A DNA stretch of 62,912 nt, filler included, from Choristocarpus tenellus KU-1152 (Eukaryota > Protista > Phaeophyceae), in the NCBI GenBank assembly GCA_964200185.2. It is 10 parts of 10 records of this genome, joined end to end, with 100 filler letters (N's around TTAATTAATTAA, not from the genome) between each part and the next. Parts side by side here need not be neighbours in the genome. Positions count along the whole stretch, not along the records: positions 32,791 to 37,565 come from CAXNAD020013107.1; positions 37,666 to 42,722 come from CAXNAD020012014.1; positions 42,823 to 48,898 come from CAXNAD020009001.1; 7 more parts are not named here. One strand, 5' to 3'. Shown here piece after piece: positions 35,940 to 48,587 of the stretch. A program made the translations under genes and the position numbers. The notes beneath the pieces were generated by a model, which saw only the letters and a program-made list of their open reading frames with translations, was not told the DNA's origin and did no database searches. Positions within the stretch are counted from its first letter, which is position 1. The number at the start of each line of letters is the position of its first letter.

Positions 35940-38716
35940 CTTGATAACTCAGTCAAGAATGTTTTTGGGAGGGGGGTAAGGACATGAGGGGGGACAAGGG
36001 AGGCAAATTACTTGTGTGTGTGTGTGTCAGAGCACAGTAATAGGTAATAGTCAACAAAGGATAGAACATCCTGAACTACATGCTATTGGACGAGTAACTA
36101 CTAACGTTCACAATTTTTAGTGCTCATACAATACATGTGGTACCCAAGGAATGCTACTACCCACAAATCCTTACAAAATATTTTCAAGCATCTGTTTTGC
36201 ATAATATGAACAAAATTCAGGACAAACATTAATGGTGTCAGGTATGATATTCAAAATTAGCCTTCAAAATCAGCGGAGTTAATTGGAAAAACATGGTTTC
36301 AGATATGTCATACTTCGGAGTGCAATGTTAGCCTCCTTCAATCGATCAATGTACAAGTTACTCTTGGCAGTAGAATTACTGGTGCGATGTTGCTCAACTC
36401 TTATCGGAGCACAACTCTCATCTCAACAAACATGGACAGATCGTGAGCACGTACAACTAACCACAGTAATACCGAAAATAGTTGGGAACGTGTGAGGCAC
36501 TGTATGCGAGGATATCTCACTTCCCATAAAAATACTTTAGGTTCATGTAAATCGTCACAAATCAATACTCATTGTTTCTCTCCCTAAAAATATGGGTATG
36601 CAATATCACTCCCCCCGGTATAGTTTATGGCGATCTAAATGCTTCTTCAGTTCAACATGGCGTCGGAATGAGTTCTTTTAGGGGCTATGTCCCTTCTTTG
36701 CCTGCTTTCTCATTCAACATCCTTAACAGAGGTGTACACATAGCTGTGGAAAGGTTGTCTCACTTCTTTGACAGTAGAATAGAAGTATATCAAAGATGTG
36801 TTCTACAAACCCACTGAATTTACTCATGCACGCTCAACAGGTGATTTACAACATTAAGGGGAACACAAGTATTGATTGATGATGCATGTCACACAAAGGA
36901 TGCTATTGAAGTGTGCGAACCAATGCTGTGTAGGTCTCTTAACTCCATGAGTTGACTGCATAATAATACTCTTTGGAGGTATGTAACCAAATGTATGATC
37001 CTTGTTCTAGGTACTACTTCAACCGCCTTCTCCTTTCCAAGTAAAAATGCACACCATGTACTTTTGTCGCACTTTTCTGTTTCCCCCCCCTGAAAAATAT
37101 TTGAAAAGCAAATGTCAGCAGGAGCAATTTGATTTTTCTTTAAAAAGGAAAGGTAAAAGGTATACGACTGATTCGTCGCATACAATGGCGTGATTACAGA
37201 AGAGTTGATCGATGATCCATCTCAAGTAAGAGCCAATCGAAGTCTGGGCAATCTTCTGTGTGAAAAATCGTGTGAACATCATCCTCCAGGTAGAGGAAAT
37301 TGGGGGGCAGATAATTTCTAGACGTTCAAGTCACTCCAACATTTGAATCACAAACTCAGGTTAATGCTTCCCCCTCGAATATTTAGAGGCAGTGTGTTGA
37401 AGCAGGCCAGGTTGCAATATGTGCACAGGTGGTTGCTCAACAGAGTAAAAAATGTACTCCCCCTACAACAAATAATTATCTACTAAATGGAAACTTCTGT
37501 TCAAGCTTCACTGGTCTTCGGCATGTGGGTCAAAGTATCTGGGGGGGGGGTGGTGGTTTGTGAGGNNNNNNNNNNNNNNNNNNNNNNNNNNNNNNNNNNN
37601 NNNNNNNNNTTAATTAATTAANNNNNNNNNNNNNNNNNNNNNNNNNNNNNNNNNNNNNNNNNNNNCTCACAGAGTATGAGCTGTATACTTCTGTCAGTGG
37701 CCACAGGCACTGCCATTGGGTGTGGGGAGTTGCCCTTGAAGAACTGAATGACCATGGAGCGACATTGACACCAATCTCAGAGAGTGACCTTGCCACGTTT
37801 CCCTTGCCTCAAAGCTTCAATTTTCAATTGCATGCATTGCTAATACCTGCTGTCATGAGCGAAGCAACTGTTCTTGATCTAGTTGTTCTTGTTCTGTTTT
37901 TTTTTTGTCTCTTTCGGTCACGATGAGGTCAAAAGATATCACTCCAGATTTTTTTTTTTTAACCTGTAAGGCCCCTTAGGTCCTGTCCTGCCTGCCATTT
38001 TCTTGAGAGGCGCTGGACGGCAGCAGTGAGAAAGAGGATACATGGTATTGTATTTGGTTTGGCGATATTGTATTGCATCTCGGTGTTCATTGTCACTCCT
38101 CGCCATTGTCACCCCAAGTTGCAGAGCAATTGTTGAGGCCAATTATTGCTTTGGAGAGAGACCGGTGGTCTGTTGGAAGCCTTGCAGTGGTTGCATGCGA
38201 AACTCCCCTAGTTTTTCTGCAATGCGCCAGATAATATCTCTTAATATGTGACAGCCATTGTTCCGAAGGATTCAAGCCCCTCTGCAGTTGGTATTAAGAA
38301 AAAGGTATTGTAATATGCTCCGGAAAACAGTTGAGGATAGAGTCATGTAGCTGATACAATCAAATTTCACGTGCGCCCTTGCATGTCTTTGAAATTCTCA
38401 ACAGTTTGAACTTTTTAAAGATGAAATTCTCGTCATGTTTCTCATATTCTGTATGCTAGATATGGTATAGGAACATCAAACCAAGGTTTTCTGGCACCCT
38501 GTTGCCTTGCTTTGTGTTGAGGAGGGTTAGGGCTTCTATTTTCGGTGATTCGAAAGCTTCCTTGCTCTTCACTCTAGCTTTGAGAGAATTGTTGGCTATG
38601 GGCTAGACACAACCAGACTGAAGCATGTATTGCACAAGAGTTAGGTTTAGGGTTAGGTTTACTCTTTTATGTCACTACTAGCTTGCATACACAGTGTGTG
38701 TTGACTGTATGCTGAC

Positions 38717-39071
38717 AATATATATATATATACATATATATTACTTGATTGATTACAAATGAAAAATTGGGATATTTTGAGTTTGGTCACTGAATTTTGA
38801 ACGGGCACAGGCGTGGTCACTATTACTTGCTATTACTTGATCAGTTTTGTAATATAATATATATATATATATATTACTTGATCAGTTTTGTAATATAATA
38901 TATATATATATATATTACTTGATCAGTTTTGTAATATAATACATATATATTACTTGATCAGTTTTGTAATATAGTATATATATATTACTTGATCATTTTT
39001 ATAATATAATATATACATATATTACTTGATCAGTTTTGTAATATAATATATATATATATTACTTGATCAGT
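38717..39071. repeat. AT-rich minisatellite ATATTACTTGATCAGTTTTGTAATATA(AT)n, ~7 units
   Basis: Directly visible. Unit length varies with the (AT)n tract. Confidence 0.92.
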
Positions 39072-39137
39072 TCACTCCAATCCTCTTTTCAAGATACAGC
39101 TCTTTTCAGGATACAGCTCCTTCTTGTTAAAGGGTTT

Positions 39138-39394
39138 GAGTGAAAGTACCTTAGAGGGTACGAGTTTTGCCCTGTTTGTCTTTTTTGGGCTTGGCTTCCC
39201 ATGGGTTTTTTCATGACATTTTCCTACTCCAACATGTTTCGGAGTAGTTAAAATGTATACGTTATGAAAATTTGTGTCCAGAACAAGGATATTGACACTT
39301 CCTAACAACACGATAGTCAAAATGATATTAAATCGCAACATTGGATTTTCGCCCCCAAATGGACGCGGCTCTACCCTCTAAGATACTTTGGCTC
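39138..39394. mobile_element. MITE type D (~260 bp)
   Basis: TIR GAGTGAAAGTAYCTTAGAGGGTA / TACCCTCTAAGATACTTTGGCTC, with an internal palindrome CCTACTCC...GGAGTAG. Confidence 0.88.
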
Positions 39395-40671
39395 TCGGTC
39401 CTTTACATACCGCAATCAAGACATAAACTGAATAGTTGAAGCAAGAGATCCAGCATATGTGATCATGTTGTCATTATGGCGTCGCCTTTGATCCTCATCA
39501 TCAGTCTAGAGGCTTATGGATTGGAGCTACATATTCTATCAAGGTACGCTGCTGGGATTGTTTGCAAAAAATATTGTTTTATGCATTGAGGTACAAAGCT
39601 ATGCACAACAGCCAAACCAACTGAGAGGTACGTGAGATTATATTTTTAAGGATCCGAAGAGAGGGCAAGAAGACTCCATTTGGTACAATTTCAGAAAGAT
39701 CTTTTGCTGGATTGTGGTGTGTCAATTTGTGTATAGGAGGGAGAATGTCAATTCTGCGTCCGCTATTGTGCACACAAAGCAACGAAATAGAGTAATGCAC
39801 AGGATGAAATAGATGGCTTAGAATGCAAAAAGGTTCAAGCCTGCATACCTCTCAATTGGTTTGGCTCACAAGGCCAAATTTTACTGGATGAAGTGATCCA
39901 TGAGGAGGCACATGTTGAACTATGGTGTGATAAGCACCAGAAAAAGCTATAGGGAGAGGTTGGGCTATGATGAGCTGTCCCTGCATGATAATATGTCAAC
40001 GCCCTCCAGATCAACCAAATACTGCGATGCATGATTTAAAACGAGATGGATGAGAAACTCATAACTAGAGCCGTAGCTATCTTCAGACCCCCCTACCCCC
40101 ATTCGTTATGGGATTCACGTCCCCATTGTTGTACATTTTTTGGTCAACCCTTGGCTCAAGCATTCTGTTTACGTTGTGAATGATTAATGTAGTTGCTGGT
40201 TGCCTTGCATGGCGATGTTGGATATCCGAACCGAATAGAGCTGTAGGGATCTACTCTTAGCCATTTACATCTACATTTTAGGGTCAAGAAGTTCATGCAG
40301 CCCTGAGTTCTCCTTATGTGCCTGAAAAATTGCTGTACTACTACTCATCTAATAAAACAGAATGTAATGCATATCGATCTTGAAAACGAAATATAGAATG
40401 TCCTCCCCACTGTCGCTCTGCTACTTACCAACCCTATTCATCACCTTGCCCACTGTGAGACCAGTCAGTACAGCATACAGCGTTGCCCTCTCGTGTCCTA
40501 TGTACGGTTGTGCTAAGAATAAACTATACACAGGTCGAAGATTCCTCTCGTGGTTTATCTCTGTTCCTCCAAACTCCTGAGCTTTTCAAAAGAGACTCAA
40601 CATTGCCACACATCATATCGATATCTGACCGATTTGGTATTAGCAAGTCGGCATCCAAGCCTGGCTGAGGG

Positions 40672-40858
40672 GACTAAAAGTATCTTGGGGGGGAGGGGGG
40701 GGGGGGGTCTACACTAGGGTGTCCATTTGGCCCAAAATCAGGAAAAGTGCATTTACGTTGTCTATCAGATATATGCAACCCAAACCACCCAAAAATCGCG
40801 AAATAAAAAAATTGACCCCAAATGGACAGCCGCCACCCCCCCTCAGATACTTTTTGTC
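40672..40858. mobile_element. MITE type C
   Basis: Close match to 18679-18855. Partial copies also occur at contig ends 9488-9529, 9630-9720, 32629-32690, 32791-32846 and 37527-37565. Confidence 0.85.
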
Positions 40859-41724
40859 AGGGTGATGATATGATAGAACTAATAGAAAATAGAACGAACC
40901 ATTTTATTGATTGGGTCAGCCGACCTATGCACGTATAGTATAACAGGCTAAGGGATAATAGGTGGATATGGACAGGTGAGCTGGGGGAGACAAAGTTCCT
41001 CAGACTCGTTGGCAGAGTTATCACACGTCGAACGGGTCATCGCAAAAGACCAGTCTTCACACCAGAGGATAACCGAGTCGTAGAGACCTCTCGCTTCTCT
41101 GTCAACTTCGTCTCCTCATCGGAATCAGTGGGTTTGCCTTGTTTGGGGAAAACAAAGCTGCAGACTGAACTATAGAAATGATTCTCTTGAGTACAGTCAT
41201 ACCTGAGAATTATCAACTGACGGTGGTTATCGACTAAAACACCTCTTACTCACAAATATTTGAGAAAAGATTAGCATAAACCCAACAATTACTTACACTT
41301 CAACGACAACCATATTACAAACTTCACACATGATTGTACCTGTACGATTCCATCCCCTGCACAAATAATGAGCGTAAGGACTGGCTCAAGGTTAAGCAAC
41401 ACCTTTGTCAAGGGTGTAAGTTACGTCCATGCTTTCTTTGATATCTGCTTCTCACTGCAGTGATGCACAAAGCGGTATAAGAAAGAGCTCATATGGTGCT
41501 GGTGATACCTGAATGATTCTATCGATCTTGTTGTCATTCAGGGTGCGCAGCGGTCGATGTATTCCACAATCTAGAGGGAGAAGGACTGGGAGTGGGGAGG
41601 CACTCTAGTGACACCTGTGGGCTTTGCTGTATACTGATCACGTGAGCATTGTTGAGAAGCTTGGCGCATGTAAGGCCCTTCGCCCAAAGCTGCTGGTTGA
41701 GTTACATGAAGAAAAATACACTGA

Positions 41725-42722
41725 ATTATAATTATTATTATGTCCTCTGACATTTTGCAGACGTGTCAGGGGGGACACCAACGAAAACTATACACACTGT
41801 AAGTGTAAGCCCTAAAGAAATAAAATGACCAGAATGTGAAACACACTTGTCTATTTGTTACTTCACCACTATCTATGTTGTACTACTGCCTTCCTGTGTC
41901 TCCAATCTACCTGTACCTGTAACCCTGGGGGAGGAGCTAGGGAGGCATCCCAAGAATCCAATAAACTCTTCCGTGCCCATCTCCTTGGTAATTCCAGCTT
42001 AAAACGCATCACACGTCTAGACAGTACCACTTGCGTAGTTACCGAGACAATTAGTCATAGCCAGGATTTAACTACTCCTTTCCTGCTATATCCTCCTGCT
42101 CCTTTCCCCTCTACCATTTGAGTAGCCAACTCATCCAGGAATCATTCCGCTTGCTTGCCGAGGCGCCCAAAACTCCCACCGCGAAGGTGTCGAGGTTATA
42201 ACTACGAGGATCAAAAGAGCCCTCGTAGTGGGTGCGCTTTCGCGCCTTGGCCGCAGCAGCTTCTACACCTTTGCTGGTCGATGAGAGAGCAAAAGTATCT
42301 TAGAGGATAGGGCAGCATCCATTCAGGTGCCTAAATCCAATGTCACGATTTTGATGCAATTTTGGTTATCGTAATTGCTAGGAAGCGTCAATATCCTTGT
42401 TCCGGACACACCTTTTCATAGCGTATACATTTGACCTACTCTGAAATGAAATATTTTGGAGTAGGAAAATGTCATTAAAGAGGAAAGCCAATCCCCAAAT
42501 GGACAAACTGGGTAAAAATCGTACCCTCTAAGATACTTCCACTCAGTGGGTGAGGTGGGAGGTGGCCTGTACTTCTATAAATGTGATATCTATCAGAAAT
42601 CCTTTGTCCTTGTAAGGGGCTGTTCTGGCGTCCGCACAGTGCCCCTGCATGGAACACCAGATCCATACGGAGATTCCTGTCAACTATGAAACAGCTGCCG
42701 TCCTCCATAGTGCAAGGGATGC
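41725..42722 (-). mobile_element. CRE-like retroelement 3' remnant incl. 3' UTR/terminus, interrupted by MITE 42287-42544
   Basis: MEDGSCFIVDRNLRMDLVFHAGAL and FGRLGKQAE coding remnants. The element ends in TGTCAGAGGACATAATAATAAT, like the other copies. Confidence 0.75.
42287..42544. mobile_element. MITE type D (reverse), inside CRE-like remnant
   Basis: Same TIRs. Flanks AGA/AGT. Confidence 0.85.
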
Positions 42723-42822
42723 NNNNNNNNNNNNNNNNNNNNNNNNNNNNNNNNNNNNNNNNNNNNTTAATTAATTAANNNNNNNNNNNNNNNNNNNNNN
42801 NNNNNNNNNNNNNNNNNNNNNN

Positions 42823-43241
42823 GCCTGAGCTTCTTCAGGCCTTTGAAATGGCGGGTGATGGGGGAGTGGTTTGGGTCTGTTGAGGAGATGGTGAAGGTCA
42901 TTAAGAAACAGTACGAGCAGTATGATGAAGCCACACTTGAGAGGGCTCGGCAGCTCCTTTTTGTGGTATACAATCAAGTACTTAGATACAAAGGGGGAAA
43001 TGTTTTCGGTGTGGACATAAAGGGGTAAGGAAGAGGCAGTTGTCTGGTGAGCTTAAAAACACACGGAAGGTAGACATGGAGGCTTTTTCTGTGGCTGATG
43101 AATTTGGGATGAATGGGGAGTAATAATAATGAAAGAGCTGACCCTAACCAGAAATTCAAGGATTCCAAGTCTTTGTTCAGAAACGAGTTGTATCGTCTTC
43201 AAAAGTTATGGACAACGCTGCACAGACGTATGGCATGGAGG
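42823..43241 (+). mobile_element. Second, near-identical copy of the mariner 3' region, inverted relative to 46500-46891
   Basis: Reverse complement of 46500-46891 with few substitutions. It retains about 30 nt (ERARQLLFVVY) that the other copy has lost. Confidence 0.9.
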
Positions 43242-44422
43242 TCGTATTATTTATATGGAAATATTGTGGTGGACATTTGTATTCCAGAAAATATTACTCT
43301 GCTTCAATTATAGTGTTGAAGCAAGTATATTCACCACAACATGATACGGACTTGAAATTACCAGGATAAGTTGCCATGATGGCATTAGTAGTAAATGATT
43401 GTGTCAGAGATTTTCTTTTTCAAAAGTGGAAATATTGGCTCACGAATTGATTGACTAGCATTATACTGAGTGGAAGTGTGTAATCTCAGTGTTTGCTTTC
43501 TGCGAAGAAATTGTTGTTGATAGATATTTTTGAACTGACACTTCAAGCTTTTGCCAAATCTATTTATAAGAAACTCGAAAATGGTTCATTGGAATGAAGG
43601 TCTACACAGGAAGATTCAATCGGATATCTTTGTGGATTTGGAGACTGAGATTTATCCAATTTTGATTGTTATGGCCAGTCAAGCAATTCGTAGGCCAACC
43701 TCTAAAAAAACATGAAAAATCAAAAATAGACTTAAATGAACCCACTGTTTCAAACTGTGCCAAGAATAAACCCCATCAGCCCTTTATGGACACTTGGTGC
43801 CCAAAATGGTCACCCTTCTGAGGATATCGACATGTTGTAGACCTTTCTGCCTCCATTATTGTAGTATTACCAGTGTCGCCACCAGCATAGTGGAGAGCAT
43901 AGCAACAACTGGTGATTATTTTATTATTTGCGGAGAGGGGGAGGTGGTGTTCATGTTACAACCAAAGAATTCCTAACTTGTGACCAACTTGTGGCTGAAG
44001 TATGGAATATAGCCCACGACAGGGACAGAGAGCATGCATTGTTTATTCACAGCCTTATTATCAAGGAAGGGGTCCTGGGTATTATGGGGAAGTTGAGGTA
44101 TAGTGGCGAAGGCGGATCAAGTACATAAGTTACAAAACACCAGGTGGCCCCTAGAAGGGAACCTTTCCAGCGATGCAGCACCTGGGCAAGTACCTGACCA
44201 ACTGATATGGATGCATGACAAGCGCAGTAGAGGTCAGCAGGATGGAGTAGGCTATCCACAATGAAGTCTTTGTGTCAAGATTGTGATTTAAATTCATGTG
44301 GCAAATACTCATTAAAGAAACAATCAGTCGGATAACTGGATAATTGATAGTACTCTCGCTGTTGAGTGACTAAGAGAACAATATCCGGGTTGTTCCATTA
44401 TCATTAGAAGAATCCTAGAAAA

Positions 44423-44684
44423 GAGTGAAAGTATCTTAGAGGGTACAAGTTTTGCCCTGTTTGTCCATTGTTTGGGTCTTGGCATCCCTTGGGGTATTTT
44501 TTTACACTTTTCTACTCCAAAATGTTTAGGAGTAGGTACGATGTGTACGTTATGAAAAGGTGTGTCCAGAACAAGGATATTGACACTTCCTAACAATCAC
44601 GATAGCCAGAATTACATAAAAATCACAACATTGGATTTTGGACCCCAAATGGACGTGGCCCTACCCTCCAAGATACTTTGGCTC
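44423..44684. mobile_element. MITE type D, TSD AAA/AAA
   Basis: Same TIRs and internal sequence. Confidence 0.88.
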
Positions 44685-45202
44685 AAAAGGAATGTTGTAG
44701 CAAGTAACATACATTGAGTGATGAGTTATTAGTGATTAGGGATGATAGAAAGGTCTACCACGCCGCCACTTGAATGGTGTTTCTCACTCTAACTTTCTAC
44801 CTACTACAACATACCTGAGAAGGAACTAATCTACATGGGGCCCTACATATTATTGAACACTTTGGAAGAACATGAGGTTTCATGTGTTTTTAGAAAGAGT
44901 ACTGAAAGGAAATTGTAGAGGGGAACATCGTTGTTGCCGGTCAGTGACAGCACGCAAAGAACTATCGAAGTGACATCATAGATTCTGGGAGTGGGCAAAG
45001 CATGACCTCTGAGGTACCAACTAGTCCTAACGGAAGATGAAGTGCATTAGCTTCATACTCAAGGGTATACAGCCTTCTGACTCCAGGGTACAGGAGAAAC
45101 GTGGTTGAATACGGCACAAATTAAGAAACTAACGGAGGAGCTGGAGGAGTGGTGTCGCCAATTCATCCTCTATTTCGGATGTGCAATTATGGAGATCGAA
45201 AA

Positions 45203-45461
45203 GATTGAAAGTATCTTAGAGGGTACGAGTTTTGCCCTGTTTGTCCATTTGGGGCTTGGCTTCCCATGGGGTTTTTGTGATATTTTTCCTACTCCGAAAT
45301 GTTTCGGAGTAGGTAATATGTATATGCTATGAAATGGTGTGTCCGGAACAAGGATACTGACACTTCCTAACAAATACGACAGATAAAATTACATGGAAAT
45401 CGCAACATTGGATTTCGGCCCCCGAATGGACGCGGCCCTACCCTCTAAGATACTTCGACTC
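45203..45461. mobile_element. MITE type D, TSD AAA/AAA
   Basis: Same TIRs and internal sequence. Confidence 0.88.
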
Positions 45462-46369
45462 AAAAGGCTAGTTGGGGGGGGTAGGTAGAGCTCTTACTGA
45501 TGAGCTGTGTCATCTCCAGATAGTTACCACTCCAGACTATCTGTTACAGGGTATACACCTTTGCATCCCACATTAGTCTGGGGATTATCCCGATCCTCGG
45601 TCGAGGTCAGAGGCACCACACACTGCACTACTTCTCATACCAACAAATAACAGCATTTAGAAAAGGTTTTTAGCGAGTAGGCGCAACACGCTGTCTCAAA
45701 AGATAATGGTCTAAGCACTCTAAAACACTGTCATTTTAGTGAGTGTGACAAATCGTCACCCTTGCTAAAAACATGAAGACGATGTTTTTCGAGGCGTCAT
45801 TAGAGACAGCGATTGCGTGCATATTGAAATGAAAAAATTCCAAAATATGGAGGAATGAAGACGTACTGATGCCATAGGTGTCAGTACGTCATACCAAGTC
45901 GTATATTATTATCAAACTATATCAACGACCATGGGGAAGACCTCTCCTTTTTTATACATGCCCGGGTTGTGCTTGACGGATTTCCACCACTGCCCAGCAG
46001 GATCTGCTCTTCGCGAACAACCCAATGGTGACCATTCCCCACTCTGGTTCGTCCTGTGAAAGGATATGGTTTCACCGAGTGTACACATGTCACAGTTAGT
46101 AGTGTATTTTACATACGAATCTAACACATCTTCACTGCTTGGTATGATGAATATGCTGATTTGTTATAATAGAACTAATTATGGTAACTTCATTCCTGCC
46201 TTGCTTCTCGCGCTTTGGGTTGAGCAGTTCCAACACTCCTAGCTCCGTCTAACCGTCGAATCTTCCAAAGTAAGGTAACGGTAGTGAATTTACAACTCCG
46301 TACGATATCGGAAGTTATTTTAATACCAAGGTGCAGTATGATAGGGTGTACCATTTAATAATATTATTA

Positions 46370-46497
46370 ATTTTTTTATTATGCCCTCTGACATTTCTCA
46401 GATGCGCCAGGGGAAAACCAATAAAACCTATTCAAATATCAGAAAATCCCTAAAAACATAACAGTTGTCATAAATGTGAAAACATTAGTTCATTTAC
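46370..46497 (-). mobile_element. Very short 3'-terminal fragment of the CRE-like element
   Basis: TTATTATGCCCTCTGACATTT...CAGGGGAAAACC matches the shared 3' terminus. Confidence 0.65.
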
Positions 46498-47261
46498 TAC
46501 CTCCGTGCCATACGTCTGTGCAGCGTTGTCCATAACTTTTGAAGATGATGAAATTCGTTTCTGAAAGAAGATTTGGAATCCTTAACGAATTTCTGTTTAG
46601 GGTCAGCTCTTTCATTATTATTACTCCCCATTCATCCCAAATTCATCAGCCACAGAAAAAGCCTCCATGTCTACCTTCCGTGTGTTTTTAAGCTCACCAG
46701 ACAACTGCCTCTTCCTTACCCCTTTATGTCCACACCGAAAACATTCCCCCCTTTGTATCCAAGTACTTGATTGTCAAGTGCGGTTTCATCATACTGCTCG
46801 TACTGTTTCTTAATGACCTTCACCATCTCCTCAACAGACCCAAACCACTCCCCCATCACCCGCCATTTCAAAGGCCTGAAGAAGCTCAGGCCCATAATAT
46901 TGAGGTCGGGGGAGTTACATGGCTGCGTCACAATCCTAATCGACCACCCCTCAGTCTTCCCTGCCCCTGACAAGACTTCTGAGTGGCCCTTGCCCGTGTG
47001 GGGGGTGGCACCATATTGCTGAATAACAACGTGCTTCCCCTGCAACCAAGGCATCTTGGTCTTGATTGCAGGCAGTAACTTCTCATTGTACCACTTCCTG
47101 TACCACAAATGATCTAAAGTACAGTCCTGCTCATACGCATCCCCCATTCTATGGTTCTTGCTTGTCCTGTCTGCCGTTTTTGGCGCGCACACACATGCCA
47201 AACACCAAGCTTTCATCAAAGCTGTGAGCCGAATCTGGGCGGGTGTTGGCTGCAATAATCA

Positions 47262-47518
47262 GAGTCCAAAGTATCTTAGAGGGTAGCGTCGCGTCCATTT
47301 GGCGGCCACAATCCAACGTTGCGATTTTCATGTAATTTTGGCTATGGTGTTGGTAGGAAGTGCCAATATCCTTGTTCCGGACACACCTATTCATAACGTA
47401 CACATTTTTACCTACTCCGAAACATTTTGGAGTAGGAAAATGTCATTAAAAAACCTATTGGAAGTCAAGCCCCAAACAAACAAAAGGGAAAACCTCGTAC
47501 CCCCTAAGATACTCAATC
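47262..47518. mobile_element. MITE type D (reverse), inside mariner catalytic domain
   Basis: Splits the transposase between PKTM and IIAANTRPD. Confidence 0.88.
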
Positions 47519-47859
47519 CATCATGGTTTTGGGGATATTACTCTTGTGCTGCACAGTAGGGGACCCTGGAAGGTCGCTATCATCCTCATACTGAAATATC
47601 CTAACCCTTTTCCCATCAGCCCTCAAGTAGAACCAGGTTTCACCCACATGGATCGTGTTCGCCATGCATGGAGGTGTACACACCATGTTCCCGGTCCACT
47701 TGATCGCAAACAAAGTCTATTCTCCATACCTTTTGCCACGATTCAAGATTGGGTTTGATCAGGCGACGATTCGGCATGGCCCCCATATCATCCAACCACC
47801 TGCTTATGGTGCTCGTGCTATAATTCAGCCCCTTGGTGGCTACCTTCGTTGTCACCTGA

Positions 47860-48587
47860 TGTTGAAACCTGAATCGAATACATTATACATGTAAGCGAAA
47901 TGTGTAGACTACGAGTGAAGAGGGATCATGGTGTTGTAAAGCACCGACCAGTAAAATACGTAGTCTGTGGTATGAGTAGATGTGGTTGTGCTGCAAAGCA
48001 CTGATGTATTTATTCTGTTGCAACAGAAGTCATTGATCTCTCAGTCAAGAATGATGAGATGTGAATTGAGTGTCATTTCATGAGATACTCAACAATAGAA
48101 GTCCATTCTCCGTGGAGAGGCTTGTTGCCTTGGCTGGCAAGGGTTTCCGTAGATGGTTTTAACTCCTTATGTCTTGCATCCAAGTGTGCGTCAGGGGCAC
48201 TATTGCAGAGTGAGCTTGAGGCACTCAAGGGGAGAATGACAACCAATGAAAACCCCCCCTAACAATTAACTTGCATGTGGGGTCTTATGCTGATAAGAAA
48301 AGAACAGATGTGACAGACAAAAAGAAAGAGAAAAAAAGAAGAAATTAACAGTGAAATACGCTTGGAACAAGTTCCGAACTTGAATGACACGTGGTATGGT
48401 GTTCCTCTGTGTGATGTGCATCAACTGAATATCAACTGAGGCTATACTTCTATCTACTGTAATCGATTTGATGCTGAGTTGGGATGCACAATAAATAAAT
48501 GGACAATAACCAGTGCAGTGCACCAATCAACAGTCAGTACAAGCTGGCATTTCAACAAGAAACAAATGAGTAGCCTATGTTTTAACA
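47860..48587. mobile_element. Solo LTR (728 bp) inserted in mariner ORF
   Basis: Termini are TGTTGAAAC...GTTTTAACA, with a perfect 5-bp TSD CCTGA at 47855-47859 and 48588-48592. Removing it rejoins the transposase frame (RVPQ|VTTKVATKG). Confidence 0.88.

Noticed and set aside
37940-38420. Possible CENP-B/pogo HTH remnant (LNPSEQWLSHIKR)
   Set aside because: It is a single weak motif with no supporting domains.
38640-38660. True telomere
   Set aside because: There are only about three degenerate units and they are internal to the contig.
44760-45200. Possible Ty3/gypsy protease-RT linker remnant
   Set aside because: There is only a faint DI-ILGV and LTEELEE resemblance across frameshifts, too weak to call.
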